Positions 1 to 11,361 of a DNA stretch of 64,000 bases are shown here, piece by piece; positions within the stretch are counted from its first letter, which is position 1, and each line of letters starts with the position of its first letter. A model generated the notes under the pieces. It saw nothing but the letters and a program-made list of their open reading frames with translations, was not told the origin of the DNA and made no database searches. The position numbers and the translations under genes are program-made. Source of the stretch: an uncultured Methanosarcinaceae archaeon (lineage in GTDB: Archaea > Halobacteriota > Methanosarcinia > Methanosarcinales > Methanosarcinaceae); the NCBI GenBank assembly GCA_963733675.1, contig CAVTET010000003.1:416001-480000 (forward strand). Direction: 5' to 3'.

Positions 1-350
1 GCCTTTTTATTGGAAAAAGGAATGCTATAGTTAACGCGATAACCGCCGGCTGTTTTTCCGTACGACACCAATATGTACCCCTTACTTTCATATTCAGTGA
101 TATCATCAAAATTACAGATTGTCTCAAATTCATAAACTGCAGATTGGTCTATTTTCGAAATTCCAATGAGTACCTGTGCTATGATGTAATCAGGAACCTT
201 TCTTCCAAACCATACAGCGATTTTCCCGTAGGTACAAACTATGTTGACGTCATTCCTGCCCATTTCAAAGGAGCTTAGGGACTGAGGAGAGGATATTTTT
301 GCTTCCATGTCTTGGGTTTTTTGGGCACGCATCGCTTCCACTTCGTTCAC
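1..350 (-). CDS. Hypothetical protein, partial (runs off the window edge); third gene of the oapA-oapB operon
   Basis: Hand translation. The GTG at 350 overlaps the TGA of the DUF2073 gene (GTGA). The frame MNEVEAMRAQKTQDMEAKISSPQSLSSFEMGRNDVNIVCTYGKIAVWFG... stays open to base 1. Not in the ORF track. Confidence 0.75.
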   Translation of the reverse strand, partial: MNEVEAMRAQKTQDMEAKISSPQSLSSFEMGRNDVNIVCTYGKIAVWFGRKVPDYIIAQVLIGISKIDQSAVYEFETICNFDDITEYESKGYILVSYGKTAGGYRVNYSIPFSNKK

Positions 351-706
351 TTACTTATAGAGACAAGTGCACTGATAAGGTTACTGTCCTTTTGAAGAGT
401 TTTTAGCTGGTTTGCAGGACCTATTACTGTGAGTCTTCGACTGCTCTGTTTTTTAAAAAACCTTCCTAGCAGTGAGTTGTCTGAATTTGCGGGGTAACTT
501 TGCATTTCAATGCCTGAAAACACATCCGGCTGGATTGCTGACATTGTCATCTCTATTAGCTTTGCTTCCTCCATAGGGTTCAGGCCTTTTTCAAGGACCA
601 GGATTTTGCCTTTCCGCACCTCATCGATTATGTAGCGGACTTTCTCCATCGAAGCCATCTGAGAGATTCTGGCTTCAGATATAAGATCAAGTTGAATTCC
701 CTTCAT
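347..706 (-). CDS. oapB: DUF2073 / OapB-ArvB family protein
   Basis: Motifs MEKVRYIIDEVRKGKILVLEKGL.P.EEAKLIE.TM and RLTVIGPANQLKTL; directly downstream of the OapA-like GTPase; GGTGA RBS before the ATG at 706. Confidence 0.85.
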   Translation of the reverse strand: MKGIQLDLISEARISQMASMEKVRYIIDEVRKGKILVLEKGLNPMEEAKLIEMTMSAIQPDVFSGIEMQSYPANSDNSLLGRFFKKQSSRRLTVIGPANQLKTLQKDSNLISALVSISK

Positions 707-711
707 ATTGA

Positions 712-1353
712 TCACCCGAACTGCTTTGCCAGAGCTTCGTAAAACGAATCCATCCCGACCCCTTCAAGTGCCGAAACTGGTACCATGGGATGTTGTGGGA
801 AAGCTTCCTTAATGTTTGCAGGGTCAGCATCAGGAAGGTCTACTTTGTTTGCTACTATCAAAAGTGGAAGGTTCCTGGCTTCCATGTTTCCTATTACCGT
901 TACGTTGACCTGTGTATAGGGATTTGCAGTGGAATCCATAACCAGTATGACGCCGTCTAGGTCATCGAGCCATTTGACAGCTTCAATTACACCTTCTGTC
1001 GCTTCTTTAGATCTTTTCTTTGATTCAGAATCACTCATTCCTTGTTCCATGAAATCGTGAAAATCTATTTTCGTGGCAATCCCAGGTGTGTCCACTATAT
1101 CAAGACTGATAGTATACCCATTAGCTTCGATAGTGATCCCATTCTTTCTCTTTGCATGCCTGGTTTCATGGGCGATATGAGAAACAGAGCCCATAGTTTC
1201 TTCTGTCCCGACCCAGTCCTTAAGTATCCGATTGCTAAGAGTTGTCTTACCGGCATTAGGAGGGCCGTAAATTCCTATGCATGCTCCTTTTCTCTTGAAC
1301 AGTTTATTGAACATTTTTGAAAAGCTTACCCTAAATCGTTTTAACATATTCAT
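712..1353 (-). CDS. oapA: Era-like GTP-binding protein (OapA family)
   Basis: G1 GPPNAGKT, G3 DTPG, G4 NKVD, G5 SAL; typical EATEGVIEA..WL and PYTQVN segments; GGAGGG RBS before the ATG at 1353. Confidence 0.85.
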   Translation of the reverse strand: MNMLKRFRVSFSKMFNKLFKRKGACIGIYGPPNAGKTTLSNRILKDWVGTEETMGSVSHIAHETRHAKRKNGITIEANGYTISLDIVDTPGIATKIDFHDFMEQGMSDSESKKRSKEATEGVIEAVKWLDDLDGVILVMDSTANPYTQVNVTVIGNMEARNLPLLIVANKVDLPDADPANIKEAFPQHPMVPVSALEGVGMDSFYEALAKQFG

Positions 1354-2204
1354 GGCTTCCCTCCATTGGGAAAGCATAAAACCTAAGGATTTCTCGGATT
1401 GCTTTCCTTTGTGGGTTGATGTTTAAAGTGGTTTTCTTGTTTAATTAATCCAAGCATAAAACTATTTCCATTTGTTATTTTTAAGGAATCAGAGAACTTT
1501 GAATATTTTCTTCTACTTTCTGGGACACCAAAACATAAATAGTAAACTTCATGCCTTTTCTATAATAAAATAAAAAATTCTCCGTGAAAATACAACTAAA
1601 ATATATAAGATTACTTTTGATCGTCTGATTCCCTTACCATATTTAATAGAAATGTTTGATCATATTTAATAGAATGTTTTTTTATAATATCTCTTTTCAG
1701 ATCTTCACTAAATCTGTTCATTTGTTTTAAATTTTTTATATTCTGATGTTCTGTACTTTCCTTTATATTCTTTCCTATTTTGATGCAATCCGATAGATCT
1801 AGCGTAGCATATCGATTTTCCCATCTTACATATAAAAAAAGATAACTAGATGTGTTTCAGGGTAATTTTACCTAGAGTTTTCATTCCTCTATAACTAAGA
1901 CAAATACTGTGAAATAAAAAAATAATACTCAACCTTATTCTTCTGTAAAAATCATGAAAAATGAGTGAAATTTTAGGGGGTATTTGAGCCAGTTGGTAAA
2001 GTGCTGAATTTAGTTGATGTTATTTCTTAATGCGCTATATCATTTTCCGGACTTTTATGTTCTAACTTTTAGTGAGGTTAGCTGAACCGATATGCTTCAG
2101 TATGTGAAGATACAAAGTTTCATTATACTGGAAACTTAATTATGAAAAAATCAACCACCTAATGACGGAAGACCGACGAAGGAAAAGGAATAAAATTAAA
2201 AATG

Positions 2205-3491
2205 TTAGAGCTGCACATAATGTGCAACCTCACCTAAGTCTTCCTCTATTCTAAGTAGCTGATTATATTTTGCAGTTCTTTCACCACGTGCAGGGGCCCC
2301 GGTTTTTATCATTTCTGCCCCAATGGCAACTGCAAGATCTGAAATGGTTGTGTCTTCGGTTTCAGCGGAACGATGGCTCACGATTACTGTATAGCCGTTT
2401 CTGGAGGCCATGCTTGCAGCATCAAAAGACTCCGAGAGTGTTCCGATCTGGTTAATTTTCAAAAGAAGTGCATTTGCTGCTCCCATGTCCACACCTTTGG
2501 AAAGTCTCTCGATGTTCGTAACAAAGAGATCGTCACCAACAATGATCGTATCCCACAGCTCATTGGTCAGGGCTGCAAAGTCCTCGAAGGCTTCCTCAAA
2601 AAACGGATCTTCGATAGAAAGGATTGGATAAGAGTTTACAAGTTCAACGTAGTAATCTAGCAATTCTTGAGCAGTAAGTTTCTTTCCGTCGATGGTATAA
2701 AATCCACCTTCATAGAATTCTGATGCTGCTGCATCAATCCCTATTGTAACTTCAGATTCAGTATATCCTGCTTCCTCAATGGCCTGCACAAGAGAATCTA
2801 GGGCTTCCGTAGATTCACTCATTTTGGGAGCATACCCACCCTCATAACCTACGTTTGTAGAAGAACTACCGTATTTTTTCCCCAATGACTTCCCAAGAAC
2901 GTGGTAAATCTCTACCCCTATCTGAAGGGCTTCGTAGAAGGTTTCTGCACCTTTGGGTTGAATCATAAATTCTTGGATTGCAAGCTCGTTGCCCGCGTGT
3001 TTGCCTCCATTGAGGACGTTCATTATAGGTATTGGCAGAGTAAAAGCATTCGAACCCCCTAAATAACGATAAAGAGGTATATCGAGAGAGTCTGCAGCTG
3101 CTTTTGCGACAGCCATAGATACACCAAGAATTGAATTTGCTCCCATACTTGATTTGTTATCGGTTTCGTCCAGTTCGATCATCAACTCATCGATTTCTCG
3201 CTGATTTCGCACATCGAGCCCAAGCAATTCTTTCTGGATGATAGTGTTCACATTCTTGACTGCGGTTAGAACTCCTTTTCCCTCGTACCTATTGGGGTCT
3301 GCATCCCGCAGTTCAAGGGCTTCATTGGTACCAGTGGAAGCTCCTGAGGGGACACTGGCTCTGCCAAATCCCTTCGGTGTGAATACATCAACTTCAATAG
3401 TGGGATTGCCCCTTGAATCCAGGATCTCCCGAGCATGTATCTTTTGGATTTTATATTCTCCAGAATCCTGCTGTAGACCGATATACGACAT
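2205..3491 (-). CDS. eno: Enolase
   Basis: [28 protein letters not shown] and [11 protein letters not shown] motifs. Confidence 0.98.
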   Translation of the reverse strand: MSYIGLQQDSGEYKIQKIHAREILDSRGNPTIEVDVFTPKGFGRASVPSGASTGTNEALELRDADPNRYEGKGVLTAVKNVNTIIQKELLGLDVRNQREIDELMIELDETDNKSSMGANSILGVSMAVAKAAADSLDIPLYRYLGGSNAFTLPIPIMNVLNGGKHAGNELAIQEFMIQPKGAETFYEALQIGVEIYHVLGKSLGKKYGSSSTNVGYEGGYAPKMSESTEALDSLVQAIEEAGYTESEVTIGIDAAASEFYEGGFYTIDGKKLTAQELLDYYVELVNSYPILSIEDPFFEEAFEDFAALTNELWDTIIVGDDLFVTNIERLSKGVDMGAANALLLKINQIGTLSESFDAASMASRNGYTVIVSHRSAETEDTTISDLAVAIGAEMIKTGAPARGERTAKYNQLLRIEEDLGEVAHYVQL

Positions 3492-3869
3492 AATTTCACC
3501 CTTTCATTTCTGATTTATCATTATACATATATTTTGTTATTTGAAGCCTAATATTTGACTCAGCTTAACCATTACATGTTCGAATTGTATTTAATTCTTT
3601 ATCCGGTACAAAAATAATAATTTTAATTAAGTTTTATACTTGTTTCTTAAGTAAATTTATTTTAACATCCATAGATTACATTGGGAATCCTAATTCTGAA
3701 AATACCCTTAGTTAAGGAATCAAATATTCGCACCGTACAAATTCGAAAAGTATTGGGTTTAGGAGTATTTACGCATATTTCCTCATTAGATAGTTCTATT
3801 TGCTGTAGTTCGAATGGTTATTCTTATGCATTCACAATTTTTCTTAACTATTAGGAGACATTACGAGTA

Positions 3870-4792
3870 GCTACACAATTTTTCTAGAAATGAGAAAAAA
3901 TAGAACGTAAAATGAATTATTTTTATCTATGGTGAAACATAACGAGATTCTTATTCTGTTTGCTTCAAAACCTGAATTTATTGCTTATATTGAGAGTTTT
4001 AAATCGCAAATTAAAGAACTCACTGAAAGGTTACTCTTATATTGATCTTGTTCAAATCAAAACGATCTTAATATTGACAAACCTCTGTCGACTGATTTTT
4101 TTATCAAAGAGAAACCCAATCACAAGAATCGCTGTAAAAAGAGGGGAAAAAGACATGAATTTCAAGAAGATCATCCAGGAACGATTCGTGAAATGGTTAA
4201 TTATTTTTATTGGCTTGGTTTAATAGTGACACTCTTTGAACTACTCTGAAGAATGCTGTTACTCTTTTGAAAATTTTGAAGCTGGATCCTATGGGAAAAG
4301 ACAATGTTTTGACATTTCACCTCTAAGTTTTATTGTTACATGAAATCTAAGTCAATGAAGATCTTTCTTTACAATAGAATCTCAAGTAAAACTGTTTTTC
4401 CTGAATCAGTGAGATCTCCAGATGATCCTAATTATTCTGGCTTCAGCAATCTACTGTCAAAATTACTAGTTTATCTTTCATGAGAGAATTTCTGAGTTTT
4501 TTAATTATATTGTGTGGATAAAAATATATTCTGCTATCATAATAGAGCAGAAAAAAGATGTTTCAGAAATTTAGAGAAATTTGGAAATATGATTAGTGAG
4601 ATTTTAACAACTTCTCATGTCTTCTATTGTGATAAAATAGGGATGATAATCAAGAAACAAGGATCCTGGATTTATGTGCTCACAATTACAAATCAAATGT
4701 TATTTTTTCCATCCAAGAAGAGAATTTAAAGCAATGGAATCTATTGGAATTTTTCCAAAGTTTAAAGGAATAACAGTTCATGATGGATTGAA
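3870..4792 (+). mobile_element. Highly decayed IS66-family transposase remnant
   Basis: Fragments across frames resemble PSTDFFIKEKPN..., a DETG-like region, and HPRR..AMESIGI.PKFKGITVHDG; many stops and frameshifts; boundaries approximate. Confidence 0.65.
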
Positions 4793-4823
4793 AATTCTAG
4801 ATTAGGTTATTTTATCTTGAGTA

Positions 4824-4982
4824 TCATTTTAATTTCATCGGCTCTCCACAACATTTTATGTCGCCGTTACAGCATGCTTTTGTAGAACAGCTATCATCTC
4901 CGCATGCATTTACCACCTCAAGTTCAAATCCACATCCTTCACAAGAAAGTCGCTGATCTTCTTTTAGTTCACTGCAGTTCAT
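4824..4982 (-). CDS. Small Cys-rich protein (52 aa, 9 Cys), desulforedoxin/metallothionein-like
   Basis: Hand translation: MNCSELKEDQRLSCEGCGFELEVVNACGDDSCSTKACCNGDIKCCGEPMKLK. GAGGTGA RBS 6 nt upstream of the ATG. Below the ORF-track cutoff. Confidence 0.85.
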   Translation of the reverse strand: MNCSELKEDQRLSCEGCGFELEVVNACGDDSCSTKACCNGDIKCCGEPMKLK

Positions 4983-5577
4983 TTTATATCACCTCAAAAT
5001 GTTTAATAGTAAAAATATGTAATTTGGATTCAAATCTTTTTCGAAACAATGATTCTGAAGATTGTTCAGAATTTTCACTTTTTTGTGTGTGTTGAGAAGG
5101 ATTTGATAAATCTGTTTCGTTTTCTTTTCGCAGAATATGATTTTTCCTTGAAATACGTATTCTCGAGCACAGGAATGTCTGCCTCACAAAATTCGGCTGC
5201 ATCAGTCACTGGATTTGTTTCCTTCAAGCCGAAACCTATGAAATAGAGCAAACTCTCTCAAAATCCGGATTCCAGGTCGATTCCAGAAGCGCAGGGGATA
5301 TGACTTGCTTTGTAGAGGCAAACTCCATGTTTATTGGTTATTAAAATCTCAAAAAAATTCTTTTTCGATCAGCCGAGAAAGTTGCTGAAATCTCAGGGCC
5401 AAAAGTTGATACACCCCATAGTGAGAGGGAGGTACGAGCTTGAGGATATCCTATAAAGAAAGCTGAGAAACTCTCAGTAATTGAGTTAGTGTAGACCTCA
5501 GGGTTATTATGTACATCAAATTAGAGCAAGCTTAGCAGTGGTCAAAGTTTGAGTGTCACGGATAATATCCTCGACTC

Positions 5578-7842
5578 TCAATAGTTTTTAGCTGTTTCGA
5601 CTGCATCGCTGCAAGAAACCTGCCAGTTCTTGATCTTTTTTACACTTATATTTATCATTTTTGCAAGCTCAAAGGCGTCAGCCTTTATCAGGGCTTCTAC
5701 GCTTTTTATTCCTACTTCCTCGAGTTTCTCTGCAGTAACTTTACCCACGCCTTCAATGTCCTTAATTGACTTCGGCCTGTCCTTTTTAGGTTGCATAGCC
5801 TGTTCTTTCTGTTGTGTATTTTTCCATTCAATGAAATTACACTGTGGACAGCCCAGGTCCCAAGCACGCTTTCCTGCGTTAATTATGCGTATATGGTGCA
5901 TCCTGTGTATCTCGCATAACCTATCTGTAACAATAATCTGTCCGCTCTTTGGTAGAGGTAGAGAGAATGTACAGTTTGGATAGTTGCTACAGCCTATGAA
6001 ACGGCTCCCCCTCTTTGAACGGCGGATCATGAGTTCGCTTCCGCATAAGGAGCAATTACCTATAATCTTGTCTTCCCTTAAGCCTGCTTGAAGGGATTCT
6101 ACGATCTTATCCCGGTTTTTATCAAGTTCAGAAAACACCTGCTTCAGCATTTCCCGAGATTCTTCAATTACAGTAATTTCTTTGATCTTGCCCTCTGCAA
6201 TCTTATCCATATTTTCTTCGAGTAACTTCGTCATATCTGGTTTTGTGATTGTAGGGGAGTATTTTTCAAGGGTATCCAATACTGCAAAAGAGGTATTTGT
6301 GGGCTGCACGGGATTTCCATGGATATATGCCCTTGAATAAAGTTTGCTGATTATTTCATGCCTCGTTGCCTTTGTCCCAAGTCCCAGTTCTTCCATGATG
6401 TTTATAAGCCTCCCCTGTCCGTAACGGCCGGGGGGCTGGGTTTCTTTATCTAAAATTTCTTTTTTTACTACTTTCAGGAATTCCCCTTCCTGGAGCTCTG
6501 GAAAAACCCTGTCTTCAGGAACATTGTAAGGATAGTACCATCTCCAGCCAGGTTCAATCAGGCGTGCTCCTTTTGCCCTGAATTCTTCCTCATTGATATC
6601 AATTCTCAAACTCATGGTTTCCCATTCACTTGGTCCAGCAAATGTTGCAAAAAAACGCCTGACCACCAGTTCGTAAACGTTCCATTCTTCCTCTTTCAGG
6701 TCAGCTTCTTTTGCGAGGGAAGCAGGATAAATGGGAGGGTGGTCAGTGGTTTCCTTTTTCCCTTTCATAGGAATAAGTTCGACTTTCTCAAGCAGGGCAT
6801 TTGCATACTTTCCAAAAGATCCCTCTTTGAAAATTTCGATCTGTGCCCTTAGATCCAGAGTATCGGGATAAACCGTATTATCTGTCCTGGGATATGAAAT
6901 GTAACCATTAGTATAGAGGGACTCGGCTATGCGCATAGCTTTTACAGGACTGAGCCCAATTGAGTTTGCCGCATTGATAAACCCTGTTGTATTAAGAGGG
7001 ATGGGAGCTTGGTCAGTTTTTTTCCCTTTCTCAATCTGCATTAATTTTGCTTTTTTCCCAAGTTTCTTGAACACTTCCTCTGCCTCCTTTTTGTTCAGGA
7101 AGCGACGGGTTGAATGCTGGGCAGAAAAAGTTTCCCCTTTGGTGCATTCAAATTCTGCATGGATTTCCCAGTAAGGAATCGGAACAAACAGATTCCTTTC
7201 CTTTTCCTTATCAACTATAAGAGATAGGGTCGGAGACTGTACTCTCCCCACGGAAAGGAACATTTTACCAAGCCTGCCTGCAGCAAGAGAGATATAACGG
7301 GTAAGAGCTGCTCCCCATACAAGATCAATAACCTGTCTTGAGTGACCAGCATCAGCGAGATTGAAATCAAGATCTGTAGGGCTTAAAAATGAGGCTACTA
7401 TTGCTTTGGGGGTTATCGCACTGTAACGGACCCGATCAAAAGGCACATCCGGATTTACTTTTTTTATGATATTGAGGGCTTCGGCTCCGATCAGTTCTCC
7501 TTCCCGGTCGTAGTCAGTGGCAATTGTAACTCTACTTGCCTCTTTTCCCAAAGTTCTAAGAGCTGTTAAAATTTTTTGGTTAATAGGAGTTGTTATGATT
7601 TTTGCGTTTATAAGGGCTTTGGAATCGACTTTTTGCCAGTTGTTATACTCACTTGGAAAATCGATGCCTACAATATGGCCCGAAAGCCCTATAACTATTA
7701 TCTCTTGCTTGTCCTCATCAGATCCGATCTCATACCTGTATACGTCCACTCCGCTGACTCTACCCTTCGTTGGGTTTTTTGGAGCCAGAATCGCAGCTAT
7801 CCTCCTTGCTGCAATATTTTTCTCCGTTACAATAAGATGCAT
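5578..7842 (-). CDS. topA: DNA topoisomerase I (type IA) with Zn ribbon and C-terminal HhH
   Basis: TOPRIM LIVTEK, ATDYDREGE, SVGRVQSPTL, catalytic YISYPRTD, C-terminal Cys ribbons. Confidence 0.97.
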   Translation of the reverse strand: MHLIVTEKNIAARRIAAILAPKNPTKGRVSGVDVYRYEIGSDEDKQEIIVIGLSGHIVGIDFPSEYNNWQKVDSKALINAKIITTPINQKILTALRTLGKEASRVTIATDYDREGELIGAEALNIIKKVNPDVPFDRVRYSAITPKAIVASFLSPTDLDFNLADAGHSRQVIDLVWGAALTRYISLAAGRLGKMFLSVGRVQSPTLSLIVDKEKERNLFVPIPYWEIHAEFECTKGETFSAQHSTRRFLNKKEAEEVFKKLGKKAKLMQIEKGKKTDQAPIPLNTTGFINAANSIGLSPVKAMRIAESLYTNGYISYPRTDNTVYPDTLDLRAQIEIFKEGSFGKYANALLEKVELIPMKGKKETTDHPPIYPASLAKEADLKEEEWNVYELVVRRFFATFAGPSEWETMSLRIDINEEEFRAKGARLIEPGWRWYYPYNVPEDRVFPELQEGEFLKVVKKEILDKETQPPGRYGQGRLINIMEELGLGTKATRHEIISKLYSRAYIHGNPVQPTNTSFAVLDTLEKYSPTITKPDMTKLLEENMDKIAEGKIKEITVIEESREMLKQVFSELDKNRDKIVESLQAGLREDKIIGNCSLCGSELMIRRSKRGSRFIGCSNYPNCTFSLPLPKSGQIIVTDRLCEIHRMHHIRIINAGKRAWDLGCPQCNFIEWKNTQQKEQAMQPKKDRPKSIKDIEGVGKVTAEKLEEVGIKSVEALIKADAFELAKMINISVKKIKNWQVSCSDAVETAKNY

Positions 7843-8085
7843 TTAGATCTCCGTTGCAATAAGGTGCATTATAGGACTCCGATAAAAGTTTTTTAAATTT
7901 GATGGTGTAATAAAAAGTGTACTTCGAATTCCTACCAGCTTAATTCTTAACCTGACTTTTATTCCTTGAAGTTTCTTTTTACAATATAAATTTTTGGATC
8001 AAATTCAAAAATGAACTGTCATCCGTAATTAAAATTAGATCCAAGTATCTCCAGTCTGTCCTTTTTCCTCTCTTGATAAAGCCTC

Positions 8086-8186
8086 TAGAGGATCTCAATA
8101 AACATCCGATTTTCAAGAGCTATTTCTATGCCGTTTGTTTATAAGTATATATGACAAAATTAAGGAGTTCGTCGAAATCTTCTCTA
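8086..8186. mobile_element. ~100-bp MITE-like inverted-repeat element, copy 1 (subtype A, reverse orientation)
   Basis: Ends TAGAGGATCTCAATAAAC...GTTCGTCGAAATCTTCTCTA; the reverse complement aligns with copies at 17591 and 54337. Confidence 0.7.
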
Positions 8187-8431
8187 CTCAGATTCCTTTA
8201 AGCTATTTCATAATCGTTCAATCAACCTGGAGACAAGTTGTGTGGCTTCTTGAAGGCCTTATGCCCTATGAGCACTTTTTATTTACTACCTAATTTAATC
8301 ATGATCATAGGTTTTCCAACATTAAGGCTCGGAATATCTCCCAGGAGGTCACTAATCCCATTAACACAATTAACTACTGAGAACTGGCTATAAGAGCTCC
8401 TGTGGAGTTTAATCTATTCCACTGAAGACCA

Positions 8432-8524
8432 TAGATAATTTCGATAAACTCCGATTCCACCAAATTGCTTACATTTGTTTTATAGGTAATAAGCCAAAAA
8501 TTGGGATTTATCGAAATTTTCCTG
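8432..8524. mobile_element. MITE-like element, copy 2 (subtype B, reverse orientation)
   Basis: TAGATAATTTCGATAAACTCC...GGGATTTATCGAAATTTTCC; the reverse complement aligns internally with the copy at 54230. Confidence 0.75.
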
Positions 8525-8701
8525 GACTTCCAAGTCATCCTCTACACGAACTTTGAAACAATCTAACCCTACATAGATTAGGGATAGAATTTACCTATTA
8601 TATTTTCACAATCAGAAAGCTATATTTGTTTTCAGAATTTTGTGTGCATAGTTTTTAAGTGTAAGATTGAAAAAGCAAAATGAAATCTTGAGGGATTTTA
8701 T

Positions 8702-9202
8702 ATGAAAGCACTTATATTCGGAGCCGATGGTTTTGAAGATGTTGAACTCATCTATCCTTAGCATCGTTTGAAAGAAAAGGGAATAATTACTCATATAGCC
8801 TCGATGAAAACAGGGCCTATAACAGGACAGCATGGATATGAAATCAATGTTGATGTTGCCTTTAAGGATGTGAATCCTACAGATTATAATATTCTCTTGG
8901 TCTCCGGATGGAAAGGACCTGAAAAAAATGAGGCTTGACAAAGATGCACTTGAGATTACAAGATATTTCTTCAAGGAAAACATACAGTTGCTGCAATCTG
9001 TCATGGCCTCCAGGTTCTAGTCTCTGCAGGCTTCATAAAAGGCAGGAAAGTCACCTGTTGGTTAGGGATAAGGAACGATATTATAGCTGCATGAGCATTT
9101 TACGAAGACTGTGAAGTCGCTATAGATAAAAACCTGGTATTATCAAAGAGCCTGGATGACCTTTCTGCTTTTGGAAGGGAAATGATCAAACTGCTGAAGT
9201 AA
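8702..9202 (+). pseudogene. PfpI/DJ-1 family intracellular protease pseudogene
   Basis: MKALIFGADGFEDVELIYP*HRL with TAG at 8759; frameshifts near 8920-8990; AAICHG nucleophile motif; TGA at 9092. Confidence 0.85.
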
Positions 9203-9584
9203 TTCAAAGTTGGATTTTTTAGTTCCAAGCTTTTTCTTTAAATTTTGAAGTTTTCGATATTACTAATTTCTTTCAGGAAGAAATTGCCTTGATTTTTCAT
9301 TTCATATTAATAATTTCATATTAATATAATCTTTATTTCATCAACAAAAATTTGAGAAACCAATTTTTGTAAATAATTTTAACCTCCCTCAAATAACAAT
9401 ATATTTTTGAAATATCTCAAAATAGATGCTGAATTAAGGATCTGACCTCATTATTAAATTTCAAAAATGATCTACTATCAGGAAAATAATAGCTAGACGC
9501 TTATGCGCAAAGAAACAGATGAACAAAAAAACAAGGGAATAAGGAAATTGTTTAAATAGAATTCAAGATTTTAGAGAATTACTT

Positions 9585-10106
9585 ATGAATTCTATAAGTA
9601 ATGGATATATTCCCCTTTACATTTATCATGCCGGGCAGTGTGACCCCAAAAAGTGCACAGGACGAAAAATGGCTCGTTTTGACCTTGCTCGCCTGTATAA
9701 TCGGGTCTCAAGGATACCCCGATCAACGATTCTGCTGGACCCGTTTGCAGGGAAGGCTATTTCACCTGCCGATTATCCCGGAAAAGGAATTGTAGTACTT
9801 GACTGTTCCTGGGAAGAAGTGGAAAGTATTTTTCCCGAACTTGGAAAGCTGAACTTGGATCACAGGGCTCTTCCCTACTTACTTGCGGGCAATCCTGTGA
9901 ACTTCGGAAGGCCCTTCAAACTTAGCTCTGTAGAGGCTTTAGCAGCGGCTCTTTATATATTAGGATGCAAAGAGCAGGCTGAGAAAGTTCTGTCCAAATT
10001 TAACTGGGGTCACAGTTTTCTTGAGTTGAATAAAGAGCCTCTAGAAGAATATGCAACTGCGAAAAACAGTACTGAAATTGTTGAAATCCAGAGTCATTAT
10101 ATCTAA
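9585..10106 (+). CDS. tsr3: 16S rRNA aminocarboxypropyltransferase Tsr3 (DUF367)
   Basis: [46 protein letters not shown] motifs. Confidence 0.95.
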   Translation: MNSISNGYIPLYIYHAGQCDPKKCTGRKMARFDLARLYNRVSRIPRSTILLDPFAGKAISPADYPGKGIVVLDCSWEEVESIFPELGKLNLDHRALPYLLAGNPVNFGRPFKLSSVEALAAALYILGCKEQAEKVLSKFNWGHSFLELNKEPLEEYATAKNSTEIVEIQSHYI

Positions 10107-10284
10107 AGATCCTCAAAATCCTTAAACACTTGTAAACGAAAATGCTTCACTATGAAAACAAGGCTCTTTTTGTAGATGGGTGAATAATGAATGATAGTCA
10201 CTGCGAGATCTTGGGGCAAAATTCTCATACATTGAAGACTCTTTCTTCTGGGAAGATTTTTTGATGACATTAAAGAAAGAGGTT

Positions 10285-10470
10285 TAATAGATGTCAAATT
10301 AATAATTTCTTACAGGCACAAAGGGATACAGAAAACAGTTAGAGAGACTTTTCTTGGATTAATCTGGAAAATGTGTTATTTACATCTGATAAGACAAGTT
10401 CTCAAGAAGGTAACAAAAGAAGCAAAAAAAGGTATTATGAAGTTAAAAGAAGCATCAATAGATCATCCTA
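10285..10470 (+). mobile_element. IS256-family transposase fragment
   Basis: Translates to (D)GHKGIQKTVRETFLG..W.MCY.HLIRQVLKKV, an IS256-type signature, with indels. Confidence 0.6.
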
Positions 10471-11028
10471 TACTTATTTAAAATATTAATTTTAATATTT
10501 TGTCCGCAGTATACTGTTATTCTTGGGCCAATGACAAAGGCAAATATCAACCAACAATTTGGTGCAAAAGCTACTCATATCCGCACTTTGAATTCTCATT
10601 ATCTTTCACACTATAAACTGTTTTTTTGACTATTATCCTTAAATGATCCATTTCTATCTTTAGTAAACCTAGATTTTTCATTTTGTTTAATGTCTTAATT
10701 CCTCGTTCTCTTGATAGTATATTTTTATGGCTAACTCAATGATAACCATATCAGTATAAGGTGCATAAAAGAAATATTTGTACGATTACAAAAGTTCTGC
10801 TGCAACTATGGAAGGATAGCTTTATCCTGTCATCTACTCACTATGCATAGCTACAGACAAAGTTACATCGCTCTGTGATGAAATGGCATTCAAAGATTCA
10901 TTAGGACAATTCACATTAGAAATTTAGTTCAGGTTCACGCTTCCCTAACAAGTAGAAATATATTGCACTTAATATATATCTTAAATCAAATATTATATGA
11001 CAATCACAAAAATATTATGTGCGACTAA

Positions 11029-11358
11029 GAGCCTATCCAAAAAATAATATACTTTCTGCATAAGACATAATTCAGAATATATGCATGGATAAGGGTTATG
11101 ATTTCACCGATATCAGAAAATTGGTTGAAGAATGTGGTTATACTGCGCATATCAAAAGTCGTGGAGAAGAAAACATAAGGAGAGACATACCTGGTTTTAG
11201 GGCAAAAAGATGGGTTGTAGAAAGGACACATTCTTGGCTGAATAGATTCAGAAGACTCCTTATAAGATGGGAAAAGAAAATTGAAAATTACCTTGCTATC
11301 CTACATTTAGCGTGCGCATTGATAACATTAAGATCAGCAGGACTTTTCGGATAGCCTC
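11029..11358 (+). mobile_element. Internally deleted IS5-family (IS1031/IS427-like) element retaining both TIRs and the transposase C-terminus (11085-11354)
   Basis: TIRs GAGCCTATCCAAAAA / TTTTCGGATAGCCTC flanked by TAA/TTA; ORF with DKGYD and RWVVERTHSWLNRFRRLLIRWEKK. Confidence 0.85.
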
Positions 11359-11361
11359 TTA

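Noticed and set aside
1380-2200. AT-rich region beside oapA as a replication origin
   Set aside because: No convincing repeated ORB (TTCCAGTGGAAAC plus G-string) motifs and no cdc6/orc1 in the window.
4990-5570. GC-richer stretch downstream of topA that looks like a decayed gene or ncRNA
   Set aside because: No continuous frame, recognisable family or clear structure; cannot support a call.
8759-8761. In-frame TAG in PfpI as possible pyrrolysine read-through
   Set aside because: The gene also has frameshifts and a TGA; the TAG replaces an expected Tyr codon. Ordinary pseudogene.
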